From contig JBDGQO010000080.1 of assembly GCA_042219045.1 (NCBI GenBank), positions 1 to 10,260 on the forward strand: a stretch of 10,260 nt of DNA, read 5' to 3'. This DNA comes from Candidatus Bipolaricaulia bacterium. Lineage in GTDB: Bacteria; Bipolaricaulota; Bipolaricaulia; RBG-16-55-9. The notes under the pieces were generated by a model. The model saw only the letters and a program-made list of their open reading frames with translations. It ran no database searches and was not told the origin of the DNA. The translations under genes were made by a program, and so were the position numbers. Shown here piece after piece: positions 1 through 6,121 of this stretch (within the stretch, counting starts at the first letter, position 1; each line of letters opens with the position of its first letter).

Positions 1-480
1 CGAATGGGCGCCTTCAATGTGGCCACGGGCGTATTCGTCCGCAGGCCGGACATCGACGAGCACCACCTCGCCGCGGCTGCGTCGCTCCAGCAGCTCGGGC
101 AGCGTGATCTCTTCGACGTCGGCGTTGTTGGCGCTCTGTTGAAGGGTCTCGCGCAATTCGTCCATCGCCGCAAGCTGTTCGACGGTCAGATCCCGCATCA
201 CCGACCAGGCTTCAAACACTTTCGGCCCGGCGAGGGAATAGTAGACGTGCTGGCCGTCCTTGCGACTCGTGACCAGCTGCCCGTCGCGCAACAGCGACAG
301 GTGTTGGCTGACGTTGGCCTTGGAGATCCCCATGGCCTCGGCCAGTTCATTCACGGAGGACTCGCCTCGGCTGAGCTGGTCGATGATCTCCAGCCGCTTC
401 GGGTTGGCCATCAGCCCGCAGATGCGCGCGTGTAGCTCGTAGATCTTGCGGTAATCCTCGTTCAGGTCCGGCATGGTCAT
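1..480 (-). CDS. ArsR/SmtB-family HTH regulator fused to a C-terminal rhodanese domain (3' end runs off the window)
   Basis: Manual translation from ATG at 480 is open to position 1: MTMPDLNEDYRKIYELHARICGLMANPKRLEIIDQLSRGESSVNELAEAMGISKANVSQHLSLLRDGQLVTSRKDGQHVYYSL (ArsR winged HTH), then ITLPELLERRSRGEVVLVDVRPADEYARGHIEGAHS (rhodanese DVR..EY..GHI.GA signature). GGAGG RBS at 489-485; ATGA overlap with the upstream stop. Alternative ATG at 474. Confidence 0.93.
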   Translation of the reverse strand, partial: MTMPDLNEDYRKIYELHARICGLMANPKRLEIIDQLSRGESSVNELAEAMGISKANVSQHLSLLRDGQLVTSRKDGQHVYYSLAGPKVFEAWSVMRDLTVEQLAAMDELRETLQQSANNADVEEITLPELLERRSRGEVVLVDVRPADEYARGHIEGAHS

Positions 481-800
481 CGCGCCTCCACCGTATCGTG
501 TGGCGACCAAGGAGGCGAGGAGATCGGGGCCCAGGGGGTGAGAGGGTGTATATCGGAGGCCCCGATCTCCCCGGCTTGGGGGTCAGGCCCTGGGGCCATG
601 TTCCGTTCACGGAGCTCCGGGACGCCGAGCGCCCGCAGCAGGCTCATCATGGGGCACCAGCCCGTAAACGCGGACTGGATCTGGTTCAGCCCCACAAGCG
701 CCGTGAGCACGAGCCACCACGCGGAGTGGAGTTGGGCGAGCGCCACGCTGGCAAGCACGAACGTGCCGGCGAACAGTCGCAGCCATCGATTGAGCTCCAT
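477..800 (-). CDS. DUF2892 / YgaP-like small membrane protein with a Pro-rich C-terminal extension
   Basis: R.LRLFAG start, two hydrophobic helices, then VGLNQIQSAFTGWCPMMSLLRALG, the typical DUF2892 C-terminal motif with its conserved Cys. GAAAGGA RBS upstream; 12 nt after the previous stop. Confidence 0.88.
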   Translation of the reverse strand: MELNRWLRLFAGTFVLASVALAQLHSAWWLVLTALVGLNQIQSAFTGWCPMMSLLRALGVPELRERNMAPGPDPQAGEIGASDIHPLTPWAPISSPPWSPHDTVEAR

Positions 801-812
801 GATCGTCCTTTC

Positions 813-1643
813 TCAGTTGCTGCCCAGTTCCTTGGGGTCGAAGAGCTTGTCCGAGACGCCCGTGTTGTACTTCGGATCGGCGAACTCGAACGTCGTCTTA
901 CGACCCGTCTTCATGTTTTCGGCGGTGGCGACGGTCCAGGTCGGGATGTCTTGGATGACATCAACGTTCTGTGCCCGGTAGCGCTTGATGAGCTCGTCGG
1001 CCTCGTTGAACAGATCCATCCCGAGTTGGATGGAGGAGTCCTTGCCGATGTAGGAGATGCGGTAGGCGAAGCCAGCCAAGTCGGGGTTGTTGGGCATGCT
1101 CTTGACCACCCAGGCCTGGCGCTCCTCGTCGCCGACGGTGAGGGTCTCGGAGCCTTGCAGTTCGTGCGTGTCGATGCTCGGCTCGCGGCCGACGACGTCC
1201 TCGAAGACGAACTCGCTGCCGAACAGTGGGTTGCGGAAGTCCTCGGGGACGATGCTCTTGGTGGAGTCGAGCGCCGGCAGATGGAGCCAGATGTCGTCGC
1301 GGGTCGGAAAGGCTTTCTCGTGGACGAGCAGAGTCAGGCCCTCCGAGTCATCCGGGGCGGTGACGCGGGCGTAGACGTTGTAGCGATACTGCTCGGACTC
1401 GCGGCTGGCTTCGGCGAGCTTGGAGCGGAACGCCACGTCGAGCACTGTCTTGCCGCCGCCCGATTCCACGGTCGTCAGCTTGACAGGCGATGCAAAGTCC
1501 TCGCCCTGCCAGCGGTTCTTCGCCTGGGTCATGATCTCCTCGGCCGAGGGGTTCTGGCCCTGCACGGCCATCGGGGAGACGAGCAGGCCGGCGAGGAGAA
1601 GCAGCGCCGCCAGTCCGGTTGTGGCGAGCTTGAGTCGGGTCAT
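813..1643 (-). CDS. Secreted LolA-like (outer-membrane lipoprotein-sorting-type) carrier protein, 276 aa
   Basis: True start is ATG 1643 (GGAGGAGG RBS at 1658-1651; ATGA overlap with the RND stop), not 2696. Sec signal peptide MTRLKLATTGLAALLLLAGLLVSPMAVQG with no lipobox Cys. Motifs PDDSEGLTLL, DDIWLHLPAL, FGSEFVFED and YNTGVSDKLF match the LolA_like family that accompanies MMPL transporters. Confidence 0.88.
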   Translation of the reverse strand: MTRLKLATTGLAALLLLAGLLVSPMAVQGQNPSAEEIMTQAKNRWQGEDFASPVKLTTVESGGGKTVLDVAFRSKLAEASRESEQYRYNVYARVTAPDDSEGLTLLVHEKAFPTRDDIWLHLPALDSTKSIVPEDFRNPLFGSEFVFEDVVGREPSIDTHELQGSETLTVGDEERQAWVVKSMPNNPDLAGFAYRISYIGKDSSIQLGMDLFNEADELIKRYRAQNVDVIQDIPTWTVATAENMKTGRKTTFEFADPKYNTGVSDKLFDPKELGSN

Positions 1644-3982
1644 GGTTGGACCTCCTCCAGTGGTTGGGTAGATTGATTCTCCTCTTCGAAGTCGCCGAGC
1701 AGCGCCGGCGCGAACGTCCGAATGATCGCGGGCAACAGGAACAGCGTCGCCATGGAGCTGAGCGCCATGATGATGGCGATGAAGACGCCGACGTAGATAT
1801 AGGGCGTCAGCGGGGCAAAGAGCAGCACCAGGAAGCCGACAAATAGAATCACAGCGTTGCGCAGGATCGCCACGCCGGAGCCGCCCAGCGTCCACAGGAT
1901 CGAGTCGTTCAGCTCTTGGGTCTGGTCGTAGCGCTCGCGAAAGCGCTGCACGAAGTGGATGGCGAAGTCGACGGCCATCCCCAGCGTCAGCGCGGAGATC
2001 ACCTCGATGGGCATGGTGAACTCGACGCCGAGCAGCGCCAGCACGCCGTAGGTGACGAGCACGGTGAACCCGAGCGGGATGAAGCCGACCAGACCCCACT
2101 TGAACGAGCGGAAGTTGAGCGTCAACAGCAAGAGAACGGCCAATGCGGCGCTGCCAAGCGCCAGCATCATGCCCTCGAACATCTCCTGGTTCCAGCGCAT
2201 ATTGAAATAGCCGGGGCCGGCGAAGTTGAACGAGACACCCTCCAGCGAGTTCGACTCCAGGTAGGTCCGGGCACTGCTGACGACGTCCTCCATGGCGGTT
2301 GAGCCGTTGTTCTTGAGCTGGACGATGACGTTGGCCTTGTCGTACCCGGATCCATGCGTGACGAAGTCCTGGAGGTCGCTCGGGCGCCCCGAGGACAGAT
2401 ACAACATCAGGAATTGAGCAATGGCCGCTCGGGAGTCGGGGATTTGAAAATATTCGGGGTCGCCGTTGTGCCAGGCCTCGTTGATGCGCTTGACGAGATC
2501 GGCCAGCGACGTCGTCTTGCCCACGTCTGGCTGGGCTTCCAAGTGGTTCTGCAGGCCTTCGAGGAACTCCAGCGTCCGCGGCTCCTTCATGACGTTCTCG
2601 TTGCCCTCGGCGACGACGTAGAGCATGGAGGTGCCGCCGAGCTTGTCGTTGAGGAACTCGGTCGCCTCGCGGACGTCCTCGCCCTGCTTGAACCACCAGA
2701 CGGGGCTGTCGTTGATCTGGATCTGGGTCAGCCCGCTCCCCGCCACCAACAGCGCCACGACCATGCCGACCACAACGGGCCGCGTGCGGCTGATGCTGAA
2801 CGCGCCCAGTTTGCGCAGCCCGCGGGAGAAGGCGTTGTCCTCGGGGGCCTCCGCGCCCGCGTCGCGTTCCTTCAGGGTCATGACCAGCGCCGGGACCATC
2901 GTGATCGTGAGCGCCCAGGCGACGAGGATGCCGAACGCCACGAACACGCCGAAGATCTTCACTGGCGGGATCGGCGTCAGATACAGCGAGGCGAAGCCCG
3001 TAGCGGTCGTCAATGAGGTGTACAGCAGCGGGCGTTTGAGGGCAATCAGGGTGTCGAGCATCGCCCCTCGGCGGTTGCGGCTCTTGGGGAACTGGTCAAC
3101 GTACTCGCTCAGGATGTGGATGCCATCGACCACGCCGATGCTCATGAGAAACACGGGGGCCATGGAGCTCATGATGTGGATCGGGATGCCGAGCCAGATC
3201 ATCAGGCCCATCGTCCAAATGACCGTTACCAACGCGATCAACAAGGGACTGAAGACGAAGCCGAAGCGCAGGTGCCGGAACATCAAGAACAGACCGATTA
3301 GGATGGCCAGCGCCACAAGGGGAGAGAGCGTGATCATCTGCTGGAACATGCGGGTGCCGAAGACGTCTTCGGCCACGCGCTCGCCGCCGATGTAGTAGCT
3401 TTCGGGGCCCTCCTTCGATTCGAGGATCTCGCGAATGCGGTCGGTGATGGGCGCGGCGTCGACGCTCTCCTTGACGGGGACGTGGATGGCAGCCGTGGTG
3501 CGGTCGGGCGAGACGAGGATGTTCTCAAACAGCGGGTTCCCGCTGAGCGCCTCGTTGAGGTTGGCAATGTCAGTGTCGTTCGGCTGGGAACTCTGCAACA
3601 GTCGCTGTTGTTGGAGCGAGGCACTGGTGGCGCGAATGTAGTTGGTCGTAGGAAAGCTGCGCACGTTGCGGCGCACGACGCCGTCGACCTCCACGATCCG
3701 TCGGGTGGCCTTGTAAATACGGCCGAGCGTATCGGCGTTCAGCACGCCGTCCTCGTGCTGGTTGTTCGCCACGCCGATCACGATCATCTCCTGCAGGTCG
3801 AACCACGCTTCGACCTGGTCGTTGTAGACGCGCACCGGGGCGTCGGCACGGAGCATGTGCTCGGGATCGGTATCGGTGGTCATCTGCGGCAGTCCCGCCG
3901 CGAAGAGGAGCGTAATGACGGCGATGACGATCAGGACGGTTTTGGGCCGGTTCACAACGGTTTCCAGGTAGCGTCGGTACAA
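1640..3982 (-). CDS. MMPL-type RND superfamily transporter, 780 aa
   Basis: Duplicated architecture of 1 TM + large extracytoplasmic loop + 5 TM. Intramembrane Asp motifs IGVVDGIHIL and GMAVDFAIHF; TSLTTATGFASL motif. TTG start with GGGAGG RBS 8 nt upstream. Confidence 0.94.
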   Translation of the reverse strand: MYRRYLETVVNRPKTVLIVIAVITLLFAAGLPQMTTDTDPEHMLRADAPVRVYNDQVEAWFDLQEMIVIGVANNQHEDGVLNADTLGRIYKATRRIVEVDGVVRRNVRSFPTTNYIRATSASLQQQRLLQSSQPNDTDIANLNEALSGNPLFENILVSPDRTTAAIHVPVKESVDAAPITDRIREILESKEGPESYYIGGERVAEDVFGTRMFQQMITLSPLVALAILIGLFLMFRHLRFGFVFSPLLIALVTVIWTMGLMIWLGIPIHIMSSMAPVFLMSIGVVDGIHILSEYVDQFPKSRNRRGAMLDTLIALKRPLLYTSLTTATGFASLYLTPIPPVKIFGVFVAFGILVAWALTITMVPALVMTLKERDAGAEAPEDNAFSRGLRKLGAFSISRTRPVVVGMVVALLVAGSGLTQIQINDSPVWWFKQGEDVREATEFLNDKLGGTSMLYVVAEGNENVMKEPRTLEFLEGLQNHLEAQPDVGKTTSLADLVKRINEAWHNGDPEYFQIPDSRAAIAQFLMLYLSSGRPSDLQDFVTHGSGYDKANVIVQLKNNGSTAMEDVVSSARTYLESNSLEGVSFNFAGPGYFNMRWNQEMFEGMMLALGSAALAVLLLLTLNFRSFKWGLVGFIPLGFTVLVTYGVLALLGVEFTMPIEVISALTLGMAVDFAIHFVQRFRERYDQTQELNDSILWTLGGSGVAILRNAVILFVGFLVLLFAPLTPYIYVGVFIAIIMALSSMATLFLLPAIIRTFAPALLGDFEEENQSTQPLEEVQP

Positions 3983-4021
3983 GGGCCTCGCCTCCCGCTA
4001 GTCGGGCAGTCAGTTTCTTGA

Positions 4022-4039
4022 TTTAGAAGTTTCGAAACT
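4022..4039. promoter_or_regulatory. Candidate repressor operator over the RND operon transcription start
   Basis: Perfect 12-bp palindrome AGTTTCGAAACT (4028-4039) overlapping an imperfect 7-2-7 repeat TTTAGAA-GT-TTCGAAA (4022-4037), in an AT-rich patch just downstream of the -10 box. Confidence 0.65.
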
Positions 4040-4040
4040 A

Positions 4041-4069
4041 TATATAACACGGCGACCCTCCGGTGTCAA
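4041..4069 (-). promoter_or_regulatory. sigma70/sigmaA-type promoter for the RND operon
   Basis: Minus strand TTGACA (4069-4064), 17-nt spacer ending in TGT, TATATA (4046-4041); about 60 nt upstream of the TTG start. Confidence 0.75.
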
Positions 4070-4255
4070 GAGGAGATGGCCATGTTCCCCGCTTGAAGCA
4101 ACTCATTGCGAAAACAGGAGCGCCCAAGTCGACAAAGCCAAGCGCAAGTCGATATGTCGACCCTGGTGTTGTAAGTCCCCTTACGGCACGGTCGGCGTTC
4201 GGCTGTTAAGCTAGATGAATCAACTGAAGCGCAAACTTTCCCTGGAGGGATTTCG

Positions 4256-5089
4256 ATGTTCGTCCGACTGCGACTTGCCGCGTTTGCAATACTGCTTGGT
4301 GCGCTTGGGCTCGGCTTGGTCGGCCTCGCGCCCCCGCAAGCCAAAGCGAGTCCCGACTTCTCCAATATGCTAGACATGGTGAAACCGGGTGTGGTAGCCA
4401 TTGCCGCCGACGGGCCGGGGGGAAATCAAGCCACGGGTAGCGGCTTCATTGTTAAACAGGATGGCGAGCCCTACGTGGTGACGAACTTCCACGTCATCCA
4501 ACCGGCGCTCGAGCTCACGGATGGTACGTATGAGCAGAAGCGTTCCATCCGCGTCTTCTTGCCCGAGGCGGAGCGCGGCTTCCAGTTGGATCTCGAAAAT
4601 CCGCGGGAGGCGACGTTCGTGCGCGGGTCGCCCCCTTGGCCGTTCTTCCAAAGGGATGGCGAGCCGACCGGCCTGGACGTGGCACAACTCGACATCGGAT
4701 CCGTCGGAAATCAGCTCTACTGGGGCGACTCCAGTGACGTTAGCGCCGGCGAGGAGATCTTCTCCCTCGGCTACCCGCGCGGCCAACCGATCCTGAACGT
4801 CACGCGCGGCTTCGTCGCCACGGGCCCCGGGCTCGCGCCGGGCGAGGCGACGATCCAGTTTGAAGCCCAATCCAATGGCGGCAACAGCGGCGGGCCGCTG
4901 ATCAACTCGCGCGGTCAGGTCGTCGGCATCGTCACCGCCGGCACGGCCGCGATCGTGCCCGTCGTCGATCCGCGTACGGGCGAGATCCGCGGCTTCACCC
5001 GCGTGGAGACGAGCAACCAGTTCGAGCTGGGCACCGCAAGCAACGCCGCCCAGGCCGTGCTGGAACGCTTAGCCCGCGAGGCCGAGTAA
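4256..5089 (+). CDS. Secreted trypsin-like (S1C/HtrA-like) serine protease without a PDZ domain
   Basis: Signal peptide ending AKA; GSGF, TNFHVI (His79), DVA (Asp141), GNSGGP (Ser211), GQVVGI. GGAGG RBS. The protein ends right after the protease domain. Confidence 0.92.
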   Translation: MFVRLRLAAFAILLGALGLGLVGLAPPQAKASPDFSNMLDMVKPGVVAIAADGPGGNQATGSGFIVKQDGEPYVVTNFHVIQPALELTDGTYEQKRSIRVFLPEAERGFQLDLENPREATFVRGSPPWPFFQRDGEPTGLDVAQLDIGSVGNQLYWGDSSDVSAGEEIFSLGYPRGQPILNVTRGFVATGPGLAPGEATIQFEAQSNGGNSGGPLINSRGQVVGIVTAGTAAIVPVVDPRTGEIRGFTRVETSNQFELGTASNAAQAVLERLAREAE

Positions 5090-5131
5090 GCGACTGAGAG
5101 CAACAGACGATCGTCGGCAAACGTGCGCGCC

Positions 5132-5548
5132 ATGGACGAGCGTTGCCAGCGGGAGATTCGAGAACTCCATCGCTTCTTCGAGGCCTGGTTCACCGGGCAG
5201 CTCCCCAATGGGGATTCCGAGTTTTCTCGGCTCGATGAGGCCCTGGCCGAAGGGTTCCAGATCATCACCCCCGATGGCCGGCGCGTTGACAAGCCCGAGC
5301 TCTTGCAACAAGTGCGATCCGCCCATGGCGCGCACTCTGACGACGCGTTCGACATTGAGATCCGCAACATCGACGTACGCCACGTGCTGTCGCCCCTCTG
5401 TCTGCTCACGTACGAGGAATGGCAACAACATAGCCAGGGGGCGCCCACCGGCCGTCTCAGCTCCGTGATCTTCCGAGATGTCGAGGACGCTCCGAACGGG
5501 GTCAAATGGCTCCACGTCCATGAGGTCGGTCTGGACGCGTCTGACTGA
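5132..5548 (+). CDS. NTF2/SnoaL-like fold protein (DUF4440-like)
   Basis: EIRELHRFFEAWFTG, FQIITPDG, TYEEWQ, RLSSVIF and WLHVHE motifs. ATG 5132 preferred; in-frame GTG at 5123; no clear RBS. Confidence 0.8.
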   Translation: MDERCQREIRELHRFFEAWFTGQLPNGDSEFSRLDEALAEGFQIITPDGRRVDKPELLQQVRSAHGAHSDDAFDIEIRNIDVRHVLSPLCLLTYEEWQQHSQGAPTGRLSSVIFRDVEDAPNGVKWLHVHEVGLDASD

Positions 5549-5661
5549 GTTCCCTCGCGGCGATCCTGACTGGCAACTCAGGGGCTCGTTGCGGACGGAT
5601 GGCCCGTCTGCGAGGATGAACGAGTAAGTCGAGATCAAGCGATCCGCAGGAGGGAATTGGA

Positions 5662-5916
5662 ATGTCGACTGACCACAATGTGCAGACCGACGGCGAGGTG
5701 CACGCCGTCATCGAGAAGAGCCCCGACCAGGTCATCGTCGTGCAGCGCAAGGAGTTCAAAGGCCACGATCTCGTCGACGTGCGTACCTTCTTCGCCGCCG
5801 ACGCCGAGGACGAGATGGAGATCGAGTGGCGGCCGACTCGCAAGGGCATCGCCTTCGACGTCGAGCAATTGGACGACGTCATCGACGGACTGCAACAGGC
5901 ACGCGGCAGCGCCTGA
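5662..5916 (+). CDS. PC4/YdbC-family single-stranded nucleic-acid-binding protein
   Basis: EFKGHDLVDVRTFF and WRPTRKGIAF follow the PC4 pattern F.G...vDiR.....PtkKGI, followed by a C-terminal helix. Strong AGGAGG RBS. Confidence 0.9.
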   Translation: MSTDHNVQTDGEVHAVIEKSPDQVIVVQRKEFKGHDLVDVRTFFAADAEDEMEIEWRPTRKGIAFDVEQLDDVIDGLQQARGSA

Positions 5917-6121
5917 TGCCGCGCAGTGCCACGCGATGACCAAGTGCCTCGCCTGAGCGACCACCGGACGCGGGGCAACCGGGCCCATGGCAGCCATCGT
6001 GGGCCCATGGCCGCATGACGCTTCGGTCCCCAACGGGCGCGCGAGCGCCGAGGGCCAATCGGACATCGCAGAGCAGCCCCCGATTTGAGACAATGGGGTC
6101 GATGGTTGGTAAGGAATGCAC

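Noticed and set aside
532..553. G-tract plus GTATAT resembling a CsoR/CstR-type operator
   Set aside because: Lacks the TAC...GTA dyad symmetry and has no nearby promoter.
498..1676. 392-aa plus-strand ORF (also 4..435, 2354..3016, 2625..3395)
   Set aside because: Antisense shadows of real minus-strand genes, expected in high-GC DNA; no motifs.
1644..2696. N-terminal 351 aa of the 627-aa track ORF 813..2696
   Set aside because: Arg-rich off-frame read-through of the RND gene; the signal peptide and RBS place the start at 1643.
4066..4401. 111-aa minus-strand ORF across the divergent intergenic region
   Set aside because: Overlaps the protease start antisense and ends in the promoter; no family features.
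5106..5115. Perfect palindrome GACGATCGTC between the protease and NTF2-like genes
   Set aside because: Short, no loop or T tract, and built from words common in this sequence.
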